DNA of 47,436 nt. It comes from an uncultured Bacilli bacterium. GTDB taxonomy: Bacteria; Bacillota_I; Bacilli_A; RF39; UBA660. The stretch spans positions 1-47,436 of the forward strand of contig CALVXQ010000001.1 in the NCBI GenBank assembly GCA_944371435.1, read 5' to 3'. Under the pieces are notes generated by a model. That model searched no databases. It was not told the DNA's origin and was given only the letters and a program-made list of their open reading frames with translations. Shown here piece by piece: positions 6,964 through 15,903 of this stretch. The position numbers were made by a program, and so were the translations under genes. Positions within the stretch are counted from its first letter, which is position 1; every line of letters starts with the position of its first letter.

Positions 6964-9900
6964 GTGATTCTTTTGGATATTGATGAAGAAAAAATCAGTA
7001 AGTTAATACGTCTTAGTGACTTTTATGCAGGAAAAAGAATAAAGAAAGAAAATTGTGTTTTAAAACTTCAAGATGCTGATACATGGCAGTTTATAGTGTA
7101 TGATGATGAAAATTTAGGCTTTGGATATTATCCCTATTATGTTAATATCAATTGGTTAGATAATATTAATTTTAAGTGTACTTGTAACTGTCGTAATTAT
7201 AAAAAATATAATTCTTGTCTCCATATAGGAGCAATTCTTTGGCATTATAAAGATACTTTGTTTAAAGATAATGATTTAGACATAAGTAATAAGTTTTTAA
7301 AAAAATATAATAATATTTTATTAACTAATAAGATAAAATTAAACTTAGAAATATATATAGAATTTAATCCTTCTCATATTAAATATTGGTTAAAGATAGG
7401 AAATGAACATTTATATACATTAAATGATTTATCTAAGTTTAAAAAATTTAAAGAAGCTTATTATTCCTCTAAAGATTTTAATTTTTCCAATAATTTTATT
7501 TATAATAGTAACAAATATTTCTTTAATAAAGATGATAAAAAATTATTAAATTATTTATTTTTAAATGATACTTTATTTTTAACTAAACAAGAATTTTTAG
7601 GATTAACAAAGTATTTAACTAATACTAAATATTATATTATTAATTATGGTTATATAAATAATATATACTATATGCTTCCTACTAAATTCAATTTATCTTT
7701 TGTTAATAATAATTATTATTTAACATTAAATGATTATCAAAATTATATTTTTATAAATAATATAGATTTTCTAATTATTTATAATAAAGATTTATATGTA
7801 ATACCGAGTAATTTAATAAGAATTATTAATGATTTTCGTAATACTTTATTAGATAAAATAGTATTTACTAATATTAATATTTTTAAAAATGGATTATATC
7901 AGAATATTGTAGATTATTTAGATGTTGATAAAAATTGCTATCATAAATTAAATAATAAACCAGTTGTTTTAATATATTTAGATTTAAAAGATAACAATAT
8001 TTTTTGTCAATTAAATTTTAAATATAATGAACGGGAATATACTTGTTTTAATCAAGATGATTTGGCTTATCGTGATTACTTTTATGAAGATAAAGTTATA
8101 AAAGAACTTTACGAATATGGTTTTTTAAATAATAAAAAGGGCTTTATTTTAAAAGATGATGATCAAATTGGGGAATTTTTAGAATTTTATTTATCTAAAT
8201 TAGTAAAGAATTATCAAGTATATACTAGTCAAAAACTAAAAAATTTAAGGGTTGTCAAAGATTTAAAACTAACTTCTTCTTTTAAAGTGGGGGACGATAA
8301 TTTAATAAATTATAGTTTTAATGTTGATAATTTAGCTATGCCAGAAATTAATGAAATATTAGAGGGTTTAAAATTAAAAAAGAAGTATTACCGGTTAAAA
8401 AATGGGGATTTAATCAAATTATTAAATAATAAAGAATTAAATAGGTTTAACGATTTATTGACAGATTTAAAAGTAAAAGAGTTAACTAATAATACGTTGG
8501 AGTTTCCTTTAACCAAAGTATTTTATCTAAACTCTTTAAAAAATAAACAGTATGATTTCTTGACATATGATTTCAGTTTTAACAACTTTTTAGATAATTT
8601 TCATAAATATCATAATATTAAATTAGATTTTAGTAGTAGGGATAATGTTCAGTTACGTGATTATCAAAAAATAGGGGTAAAGTGGTTATATACTTTATAT
8701 AAGACTCATCTAGGTGGTATTTTAGCTGATGAAATGGGCTTAGGTAAAACTTATGAAGCAATTTGTTTTATTAAAGAAGTATTGAATAATAATATTAATA
8801 GTAAAATATTAATAATTACTCCGACTTCGTTAATATATAATTGGGAAAAAGAATTTAATAAATTTGCTCCAGATAAAAAGTATTTAGTTATTTATGATAA
8901 TAAGAAAAAGAGAAAAAGTCTTTATGATTGTTATGATAGTTATAATATTTTTATTACTTCTTATGGATTAGTTAGAAATGACAATGAATTTTATCTTGAT
9001 AAAAAGTTTGCTGTCTGTTTAATTGATGAAGCCCAAACGATTAAGAATTATTATACTTTATTATCAAGTAAAATTAAAAATATAAAAGCGCAAACTAAAA
9101 TAGCCTTAACAGGAACTCCTTTAGAAAATTCTATCTTAGATTTATGGAATATATTCGATTTTATTTTACCCGGTTATTTAGGTAATTTAGAAGACTTTTT
9201 AAAAAGGTATCATAATTTAGAAAATTTAGATGAACTTAAATGCTTAATAGAGCCTTTCATTTTAAGAAGAACAAAAAAAGATGTTATAAAAGATTTACCA
9301 GATAAGATTGAAAAAAATATATATTTAGATTTATCGGATACTACTAAAGCTCTTTATTTAAAAACTTTAAATAATGCTAAGAAAGAACTAAATGCTCATA
9401 GTTCTAAGTTTGAAATTTTAGCACTTCTAGTTAGATTAAGACAAATATGTATCGATCCTCATTTAATCTATGATAATTATCCTGAGGAATCGGTAAAAAT
9501 GCTAAAGCTATTAGAGATAGTAAAAAGTTATTTAAGGGAAAACCATAAAATTCTTATTTTTAGTAGTTTTAAAACAGTTATTGATAATGTTGGTAATTTA
9601 TTTAAGGAAAATAATATTACTTTTTATAAAATAACGGGTACAGTTAAGAGTAATGAAAGAAGTAAGATGGTATCTAGTTTCAATAATGATAATACTAATT
9701 GTTTTCTTATTACTTTGAAAGCTGGGGGAGTTGGTCTTAATTTGACTAGTGCTGATATCGTTATTCATCTTGATATTTGGTGGAATCCCCAAGTTGAAAA
9801 ACAAGCTACTGACCGGGCTCATCGTCTTGGACAAAAAAAAGTAGTAACAGTTCTAAGACTTATTACTAAAGGTACAATCGAAGAAAACATTTTAAAATTA

Positions 9901-10011
9901 CAAGAACAGAAAAGTATTTTAAGCAAAGAATTAATAAATTCTACTCTTGATAATAAATTATTTTCTTTAAGTAAAGAAGATATAAAGAATTTACTTATGA
10001 CTAATTTTTAA
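6964..10011 (+). CDS. SNF2-family helicase with N-terminal SWIM zinc finger (YwqA-like)
   Basis: SWIM motif CTCNCRNYKKYNSCLH is present. SNF2 motifs are LRDYQKIGVKWL, LADEMGLGKT, DEAQTIKN, LTGTPLEN, LKAGGVGLNLT and QATDRAHRLGQ. The GTG start is uncertain by a few codons. Confidence 0.9.
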   Translation: MILLDIDEEKISKLIRLSDFYAGKRIKKENCVLKLQDADTWQFIVYDDENLGFGYYPYYVNINWLDNINFKCTCNCRNYKKYNSCLHIGAILWHYKDTLFKDNDLDISNKFLKKYNNILLTNKIKLNLEIYIEFNPSHIKYWLKIGNEHLYTLNDLSKFKKFKEAYYSSKDFNFSNNFIYNSNKYFFNKDDKKLLNYLFLNDTLFLTKQEFLGLTKYLTNTKYYIINYGYINNIYYMLPTKFNLSFVNNNYYLTLNDYQNYIFINNIDFLIIYNKDLYVIPSNLIRIINDFRNTLLDKIVFTNINIFKNGLYQNIVDYLDVDKNCYHKLNNKPVVLIYLDLKDNNIFCQLNFKYNEREYTCFNQDDLAYRDYFYEDKVIKELYEYGFLNNKKGFILKDDDQIGEFLEFYLSKLVKNYQVYTSQKLKNLRVVKDLKLTSSFKVGDDNLINYSFNVDNLAMPEINEILEGLKLKKKYYRLKNGDLIKLLNNKELNRFNDLLTDLKVKELTNNTLEFPLTKVFYLNSLKNKQYDFLTYDFSFNNFLDNFHKYHNIKLDFSSRDNVQLRDYQKIGVKWLYTLYKTHLGGILADEMGLGKTYEAICFIKEVLNNNINSKILIITPTSLIYNWEKEFNKFAPDKKYLVIYDNKKKRKSLYDCYDSYNIFITSYGLVRNDNEFYLDKKFAVCLIDEAQTIKNYYTLLSSKIKNIKAQTKIALTGTPLENSILDLWNIFDFILPGYLGNLEDFLKRYHNLENLDELKCLIEPFILRRTKKDVIKDLPDKIEKNIYLDLSDTTKALYLKTLNNAKKELNAHSSKFEILALLVRLRQICIDPHLIYDNYPEESVKMLKLLEIVKSYLRENHKILIFSSFKTVIDNVGNLFKENNITFYKITGTVKSNERSKMVSSFNNDNTNCFLITLKAGGVGLNLTSADIVIHLDIWWNPQVEKQATDRAHRLGQKKVVTVLRLITKGTIEENILKLQEQKSILSKELINSTLDNKLFSLSKEDIKNLLMTNF

Positions 10012-10688
10012 GCAATATTTCGTTCTGTATTATTCAAATCTTTATCGATTAATAATTCATGGAGTTCTTCTTCCATATTTCCTAAGTGGATATCTTCGAT
10101 ACGATCAACACGCGATCTTTCGGAGATTAAAATACTATTTAAAGTAATAGTAGCTTCATCTAAGTTATCATTAACGATAACATAGTTGTATTTAGTTATT
10201 TCATTTATTTCTTTATAAGCAGTGGTAAATCTTTTGATAATCTTATCTTTATTCTCCGTATTACGACTTATTAGTCTTCTTTTTAATTCTTGCATAGATG
10301 GTGGTAAGATAAAGATACATATTGTATCAGGAATTAATTCTTTAACTTTGAGGGCACCTTCTATTTCGATTACTAGGATAACATCGATCCCTGCGTTTAA
10401 TTTTTCCATAATGTGTGACTTTGGGGTGCCATAATAAAAACCATTATAGTTAGTATATTCTAAGAGATTATTATTTTTAATATTATCTAAAAATTCTTCT
10501 TCACTGATAAAGTAATAATCTTTTTTATCGACTTCCCCAGTTCTTTTTTGTCTTGTAGTCATTGAAATTGATTCCCAAAAGTTATTATTATATTTATATA
10601 AATTGTTAACGATAGAGTTTTTTCCTGAACCAGATGGTCCGCTTACAACGATTAAATTACCTTTTACTTTTTCTTTTAAAATACCCAT
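10008..10688 (-). CDS. gmk: guanylate kinase
   Basis: It has a P-loop GPSGSGKNS, the motifs MTTRQKRTGEVDKKDYYF and YYGTP, and the lid segment RLISRNTE. A C-terminal tail of about 25 aa extends beyond the usual Gmk end. Its stop codon overlaps the SNF2 stop on the opposite strand. Confidence 0.9.
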   Translation of the reverse strand: MGILKEKVKGNLIVVSGPSGSGKNSIVNNLYKYNNNFWESISMTTRQKRTGEVDKKDYYFISEEEFLDNIKNNNLLEYTNYNGFYYGTPKSHIMEKLNAGIDVILVIEIEGALKVKELIPDTICIFILPPSMQELKRRLISRNTENKDKIIKRFTTAYKEINEITKYNYVIVNDNLDEATITLNSILISERSRVDRIEDIHLGNMEEELHELLIDKDLNNTERNIA

Positions 10689-10764
10689 AAATACCTCCCC
10701 AAAAAGTTGAAATAATTATATCATACTTATTTGATTTGTGATATAATTTTTTTATGGAGGTAAG

Positions 10765-11022
10765 ATGACTAAACAAGTAATTTGGACGAAACATGTGTTA
10801 GAAGCTTTCATCAAAGAAGCAAACTTAAATCCTCGTCAAGAATATATTATCCGCACTCGTGCCCAAGGGTATCGAATAGCTAAACAGGCTGCTGAATTAC
10901 ATTTAAGTATTGATCAGGTAAATAAAGAAATAGCGTTACTTAAAAAGATTTATGATGCTACTCAAGAGCATAGTAAAATACTGCCTAAACGTGTTAAAAA
11001 GAAAAGTGATTTAAAAAAATAA
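10765..11022 (+). CDS. small sigma-70 region-4-like / LuxR-like HTH protein (85 aa)
   Basis: LNPRQEYIIRTRAQGYRIAKQAAELHLSIDQVNKEIALLKKIY fits the L-x-x-RE..v...r..G....eIA..l..S...V pattern of sigma region 4. It has a GGAGG ribosome-binding site and a TGA-TATAAT extended -10 upstream. Confidence 0.45.
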   Translation: MTKQVIWTKHVLEAFIKEANLNPRQEYIIRTRAQGYRIAKQAAELHLSIDQVNKEIALLKKIYDATQEHSKILPKRVKKKSDLKK

Positions 11023-11073
11023 TTACAGAAATGTTACATATTTATTACATTATTAGTTACATATACTTTACAT
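11023..11073 (+). promoter_or_regulatory. array of five phased TTACA(T/G) hexamers (11-11-12-11 bp spacing)
   Basis: TTACAG starts at 11023 and TTACAT at 11034, 11045, 11057 and 11068. The array begins at the base immediately after the HTH gene stop. TGaGATAAT (11092-11100) follows downstream. Confidence 0.5.
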
Positions 11074-11121
11074 TTTTTTAAATTAAAAATATGAGATAAT
11101 ATAAGAATAGAAAGGGTTTAT

Positions 11122-11226
11122 ATGCATAAATTAAATTGGTATAGTAATCTTGAAGTTGAAATCGGTGTGAAAAATATATACAAAGAATACAATGGTAAAG
11201 CGGTTTATTTAAGTAGATTTAAATAA
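11122..11226 (+). CDS. possible 34-codon small ORF (MHKLNWYSNLEVEIGVKNIYKEYNGKAVYLSRFK)
   Basis: An ATG is preceded by GAAAGGG. It lies between the hexamer array with its -10-like element and the HerA-like gene. There is no independent support. Confidence 0.2.
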   Translation: MHKLNWYSNLEVEIGVKNIYKEYNGKAVYLSRFK

Positions 11227-11288
11227 ATTTTTTTTGCTTTAAAATATTTACATTTTATGATATTCTTATTAAGAAGATAGGTGATAAA

Positions 11289-13046
11289 ATGTTTGGAAAG
11301 ATTATTAAAGTAATAGATAATAGTGTTTTTGTTCAAAATATTTCTAATCAAGTCGAAACTGGTTTAATAGGATACCATGTAAACTTTATTGAAGGAACGA
11401 GAAATATTGTTGGTGAGATAATTAATTTAGATGAAAAAGAAATTGAAATTAATTTATTAGGAGAAATAGTAGGTGATAAATTTTTAGCTGGAGCCTTGAG
11501 GAAACCTTCCACTAAATCGAGTTGTCGTATTATCACGAAGAAAGAATTGGAGTATATTTTAGGTAAGCAAAATTTCAGCAACAAAGAAAATGTCTATGTT
11601 GGTGAATCGAGTGTTTATCAAGGTTTTAAAGTAACAGCTAATCTTAATGATTTATTTGGTAGTCATTTTGCTGTTTTAGGTAATTCTGGTGCTGGTAAAT
11701 CATGTTCTGTATCCCGTATTTTACAAAATATATTTTATTATAATGATGAAGGAATGCCTGTTAATTCCCATTTTGTAATATTTGATATTTTTGGTGAATA
11801 TCGTAGTGCCTTAGAAGGAATTAATAATTTACCTAATATGGGTTTTAAAAGTTATACAACGCAAATAAGTGCGATAGACAATAATTTGATTAATATACCT
11901 GCATATTTCTTAGGTGTTGACGATTTAGCTTTGTTATTAGATGTAGACGATCCAACTCTTTTACCTGTTTTAGAAAACACTTTACGTTTGACTTATATTC
12001 TAACTAGCGAAGGAGAAGGTAATGTAGTTTATAAAAACAGGATAATTGCCAATACTTTGATGGATATTTTATCTAGTGGTCGCAATTCTAATCAGGTCCG
12101 TGATCAGATTATTGCTACTTTAACAAAGTATAATACTGTTGAGTTGAATTTAGATACTATAATTCATCAACCGGGATATGATCGAACATTGAGACAATGC
12201 TTGAATATTGATAATCAAGGTAAAATAAACGCTATTGGTTTAGTAATCGATTTTTTAGGAACATTTGCTGACTTTGATTTGAATAAGTTAGATATTACTA
12301 AAAACTTTGTTTATACTTTAGATGATTTGGCTTATGCTTTAGATTTCTCTTTGGTTAATGAAGGTATATTAAGTTCGAATATGCAGTTTGAAAAATTAAA
12401 TAAGTTAAAGGTAAGATTAGATTCAATTATAAATAGTGATTATAAAAAATTCTTTGAATTTACTGATGTTATTAGTAAAGAAGAGTATGTAAGAAAATTT
12501 TTTACTACCGAAAGAGGCAAAAATGCCCAAGTTGTTAATATGAATTTTAATTATGTCGATGATCGTATGGTTAAAACTTTAACTAAGATTTATGCAAAAT
12601 TATTTTTTGATTTTGTAACTAACCTTGATAATAGAGCATCTTTTCCTATTCATTTAATTTTAGAGGAAGCCCACCGCTATGTTAGTAGTGATGATGATAT
12701 CAAAGTATTAGGATATAATATTTTTGATCGTATTACCAAGGAAGGTCGTAAGTATGGTATTATTTTAGGCTTAATAACTCAAAGACCAAGTGAGTTATCG
12801 ACTACATCGTTATCGCAATGTGCTAATTTTATTGTATTACGTCTTTATTATCCTGATGATTTAAACATTATTAAAAGTATTACCGCTAATGTAACTGTGC
12901 AAACTTTAGAAAAGATTAAGAGTTTACGTCCCGGAATGGCTTTATGTTTTGGCAATGCTTTTAAAATTCCTTTAATTGTTGAATTGCCATTACCTGATCC
13001 AATGCCTAAATCGACATCTGTCGATATAACTACAACTTGGTATTAG
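11289..13046 (+). CDS. HerA/DUF87-type FtsK-HerA superfamily ATPase
   Basis: The N-terminal barrel-like segment is GKIIKVIDNSVFVQ...IVGEIINL. Walker A is LGNSGAGKS and Walker B is HLILEEAHRY. EGRKYGIILGLITQRPSELSTTSLSQCANFIVLRL is the hallmark COG0433 block. The ribosome-binding site is AGGTGA. Confidence 0.8.
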   Translation: MFGKIIKVIDNSVFVQNISNQVETGLIGYHVNFIEGTRNIVGEIINLDEKEIEINLLGEIVGDKFLAGALRKPSTKSSCRIITKKELEYILGKQNFSNKENVYVGESSVYQGFKVTANLNDLFGSHFAVLGNSGAGKSCSVSRILQNIFYYNDEGMPVNSHFVIFDIFGEYRSALEGINNLPNMGFKSYTTQISAIDNNLINIPAYFLGVDDLALLLDVDDPTLLPVLENTLRLTYILTSEGEGNVVYKNRIIANTLMDILSSGRNSNQVRDQIIATLTKYNTVELNLDTIIHQPGYDRTLRQCLNIDNQGKINAIGLVIDFLGTFADFDLNKLDITKNFVYTLDDLAYALDFSLVNEGILSSNMQFEKLNKLKVRLDSIINSDYKKFFEFTDVISKEEYVRKFFTTERGKNAQVVNMNFNYVDDRMVKTLTKIYAKLFFDFVTNLDNRASFPIHLILEEAHRYVSSDDDIKVLGYNIFDRITKEGRKYGIILGLITQRPSELSTTSLSQCANFIVLRLYYPDDLNIIKSITANVTVQTLEKIKSLRPGMALCFGNAFKIPLIVELPLPDPMPKSTSVDITTTWY

Positions 13047-13110
13047 ATGTAAACTGTAAAATGATTTTTAAATTTACGTTAAATAACATCTTGACATAGA
13101 TAATTTTTTC

Positions 13111-13139
13111 TTTACATTAAAACAAATGTATAATATAAT
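13111..13139 (+). promoter_or_regulatory. sigma-A-type promoter candidate for the 13167 gene
   Basis: TTTACA (13111-13116), a 17-nt spacer, then TATAAT (13134-13139). Confidence 0.45.
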
Positions 13140-13166
13140 TTACTTATATATTAATAGGTGGTTTTA

Positions 13167-13526
13167 ATGAATAGAAATAAAGTTATAATTGAAAATTGTC
13201 CAAATTTTTATAAAATTATTAATTTTGATTACTTTGAAGGAGACTACTTTACTATTAATTTAATTAATGTTTATAGAAGATTTATCTTTCAGATAGATGA
13301 TATTAATGAAGAAAATTTAGCTAAAATTAGAAAAGTTGATATGATTTTAGCTAGGTATATTGATGATTATGTTTTCCGTAAAGAGATGAAATACGAGTTG
13401 CTTCAAGTTGATATTGAACAAAAATCATCTAATCTATTGGAAAATTTAGTAAATAGTCTAATAGGTGTTTTTGAAAAGTTCGAAGAAGGACAAACGAGAA
13501 GTATTTATATAGCTTGTTGGATTTAA
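13167..13526 (+). CDS. hypothetical 119-aa protein
   Basis: The track starts at GTG 13158, but that codon lies inside the AGGTGG ribosome-binding site (13156-13161). The ATG at 13167 has ideal 5-nt spacing. I recognise no motif. Confidence 0.5.
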   Translation: MNRNKVIIENCPNFYKIINFDYFEGDYFTINLINVYRRFIFQIDDINEENLAKIRKVDMILARYIDDYVFRKEMKYELLQVDIEQKSSNLLENLVNSLIGVFEKFEEGQTRSIYIACWI

Positions 13527-13555
13527 GTGAGATAGTAAGATTTCTCACTTTTTTT
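13526..13555 (+). terminator. rho-independent terminator
   Basis: AGTGAGA, then loop tagtaagatt, then TCTCACT, followed by a T-run. Confidence 0.65.
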
Positions 13556-13635
13556 AATTTTTAAAAGGATTTTAATTTTAGATAGGTAATAAGTATATTA
13601 GAGAATTAAAATTTCTCTTAGAACAGGTGGTTTTG

Positions 13636-15360
13636 GTGAATAAATATTTTAAATACTTATTATTTATTATGCTTACTTTTTTAATTGCCAGTAATAAAAT
13701 GTTAGCAAATACGTTTACGGAGGGAGAGTATATTAAGAATGCTTACATTAATCGGATTCCTTTTGAAGGGCAAGGCTTATATAGTCAGATTCGTTTTATA
13801 GTTGATAGTGAAAATAATAAAGTTTTATATTGTTTGGAACCTTTTAGGACTTTTATTAATAATAAAGATTATGATATATATACGAATAATTATCAAGATA
13901 TACTAGATATTAGTTTAGATACTTGGTTGAAAATTGAAGCATATGCTTATTTTGGTTATCTTTATGAAGAACATACGGATCCAATATGGTATGCTGTTAG
14001 TCAATTACTTATTTGGCGAACGATAAGTCCTGATGCTGATATTTATTTTACTGATAAAATTAATGGTAAACGAACTGATAAATATGATAATTTGATTGCT
14101 GAGTTGGAATCTTTAGTTTCTTCTTATTTAGCCTTGCCTAGTTTTTCTTCTGATATAGAATTGAATTTAGGAGATAAATTAACTCTACCTTTAAATGGTT
14201 ATATTGTCTTAGAACAAGATGATGCAGTAAAAATGATTGATGATAAATTAATTATTGATGCTAATAAAAAAATTGATAAAGAATATATTTTACAAAAAGG
14301 TGGTACGGGAATAAATGAAATATATGTTTCTCGTGATTCCCAGAATATTTTTGCTTCCTTTGGTTTAAGTCCATTAACAACTAATTTACATTTGCGTGTC
14401 AATGCGGGGAATATTACAGTTAATTTTCAGAAAGAAGATGAAGTATATTCAAGCTGTCGTAGTTCTAAAGAAAACATTTTTGGTTTATATGATTACAAGG
14501 GCAATTTAATTGAAGAAATTAATGTTGATGAAATAGATAGTTTTCAAAGCAAACAACTACCTTATGGAAAATATTATTTAAAACAAATATCTAGTAGTTG
14601 TGATATCAAAAAAGATATGCATAAATATGAAGTAGAGATAAGTAAAACTAATGAAAATCCTTTTTTAACTATTGATTTAGAAGAAATAAAATGTCTTATT
14701 ACAATAAATAAGAAGTATGGTGATAATGATGTCTATTATCCCGAAAGTAATGCTAAATTTGCTATATCTGATACTGAAAAAGCATTTTATTTTACGACCA
14801 ATGAAGAAGGTATTATCGAGTTTCTTATTGGTGCCGGTGAGTATAAAATTAGTCAATTAACTGGTAAAGAAAATTATGAATTTATAAATGATTATAATAT
14901 TTTAGTTAATCAAAGTACTGATATTTTACAGTTTGATTTTAAAGATTATCCTCTTAAAGCTAATCTTGAAGTTTTAGCAGTAGATAATATGGGAAATACT
15001 TTAAAAGATGTTTTTCTTACTTTAAAATCAAGTGATGGTACCATATTAACTGGCACTACTGATGATAAAGGTATCTTTCAATTTAATAATATTATTTTAG
15101 GAAATTATATTTTGAGTTCCAGTGAAGTTTCTGGTTACGAGGTATTAGATAATATTGATTTTGTATTACAAGAAGATATGCAAATTATTTTAGAATATGA
15201 AAAAATTATTATTCCTGAAATTGTAGATGAGCCGCTAGAAGAAGACCCCGTAGTAGAGGAAATAGAAATTCCTAATACAGCAAGTAACTTAAATACTTTT
15301 TGGACTTTATTAACAAGTATTATCTTATTTTTAGGTATGTACATTAATTATGAAGATTAA
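13636..15360 (+). CDS. sortase-anchored surface adhesin: putative thioester (TED-like) N-domain plus Cna-B/SpaA-like repeats, IPNTA sorting signal
   Basis: It has a signal peptide. The motif pair YCLEP and AVSQLLIW resembles the Cys / (T)Q..(I)W pair of internal-thioester domains. The C-terminal region has prealbumin-like repeats (TDDKGIFQFNNIILGNYIL). IPNTAS is followed by a hydrophobic helix. The start is probably GTG 13636, with AGGTGG 5 nt upstream, the same layout as at 13156-13169. The track uses 13627. Confidence 0.65.
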   Translation: MNKYFKYLLFIMLTFLIASNKMLANTFTEGEYIKNAYINRIPFEGQGLYSQIRFIVDSENNKVLYCLEPFRTFINNKDYDIYTNNYQDILDISLDTWLKIEAYAYFGYLYEEHTDPIWYAVSQLLIWRTISPDADIYFTDKINGKRTDKYDNLIAELESLVSSYLALPSFSSDIELNLGDKLTLPLNGYIVLEQDDAVKMIDDKLIIDANKKIDKEYILQKGGTGINEIYVSRDSQNIFASFGLSPLTTNLHLRVNAGNITVNFQKEDEVYSSCRSSKENIFGLYDYKGNLIEEINVDEIDSFQSKQLPYGKYYLKQISSSCDIKKDMHKYEVEISKTNENPFLTIDLEEIKCLITINKKYGDNDVYYPESNAKFAISDTEKAFYFTTNEEGIIEFLIGAGEYKISQLTGKENYEFINDYNILVNQSTDILQFDFKDYPLKANLEVLAVDNMGNTLKDVFLTLKSSDGTILTGTTDDKGIFQFNNIILGNYILSSSEVSGYEVLDNIDFVLQEDMQIILEYEKIIIPEIVDEPLEEDPVVEEIEIPNTASNLNTFWTLLTSIILFLGMYINYED

Positions 15361-15805
15361 ATATATTTATCTTTTAGGAATCTTATTAACCTTGATATAT
15401 GTTTGGTTTAATTTTAAAGTTGCTGTTGAGGAAGAAGTAAAGGCTATAAGTAATAGTTGTTATGGTTATCTAAATATAGATAAAATTCATTTACGTAAAT
15501 GTCTTTATGAATTTACTGATAAATATAATTCTTTAGATGTTGGTCTTGAAGTTTATTATTTAAACCCCTTAGTAATATTAAGCCACTCTGGACCTACGCG
15601 AAATAGCTATTTTAACGATTTAGCTTCTGTAGAGATTGGGGATGTTATTGAAGTTAAATATCCCGATATCAAAAAGTATGAAGTAGTTAATATTTATCGG
15701 AAGGAAAAGGTAGATAAATTAAAACTACGTTACGATTTAATATTAGTAACTTGTGATTTAATAAATCGCAGTAAGCAAATAGTAGTAGAAGCCGTAAAAT
15801 TATAG
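15350..15805 (+). CDS. small sortase (class D-like)
   Basis: It has an N-terminal transmembrane helix, a His motif LSHSG, a catalytic-Cys motif LILVTCD, and a downstream Arg (INRSK). It overlaps the end of the adhesin gene by 11 nt. Confidence 0.7.
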   Translation: MKIKYIYLLGILLTLIYVWFNFKVAVEEEVKAISNSCYGYLNIDKIHLRKCLYEFTDKYNSLDVGLEVYYLNPLVILSHSGPTRNSYFNDLASVEIGDVIEVKYPDIKKYEVVNIYRKEKVDKLKLRYDLILVTCDLINRSKQIVVEAVKL

Positions 15806-15903
15806 TTTTTAGTCTTAAAATTCCTAAAATTTGTAATTTTTTGCAAATAAAAAAAGGAAATTGGCCTCTTTTGGGTAATAAATTATAGTAGAGGGATTAT
15901 TTT

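Noticed and set aside
10008-10100. C-terminal tail of about 25 aa on Gmk as a possible fused RpoZ, and the 4-nt convergent stop-codon overlap with the SNF2 gene
   Set aside because: The tail (…HLGNMEEELHELLIDKDLNNTERNIA) has no resemblance to the RpoZ N-terminal motif. Overlapping convergent stops (TTTAA) are common in compact AT-rich genomes.
13156-13176. About 20-nt similarity between the translation-initiation regions at 13156-13176 and 13625-13645 (AGGTGGTTTT[AA/GG]TGAATA)
   Set aside because: It is too short to be a repeat element. It is most simply two similar ribosome-binding-site and start-codon contexts. I used it only to refine the start codons to ATG 13167 and GTG 13636.
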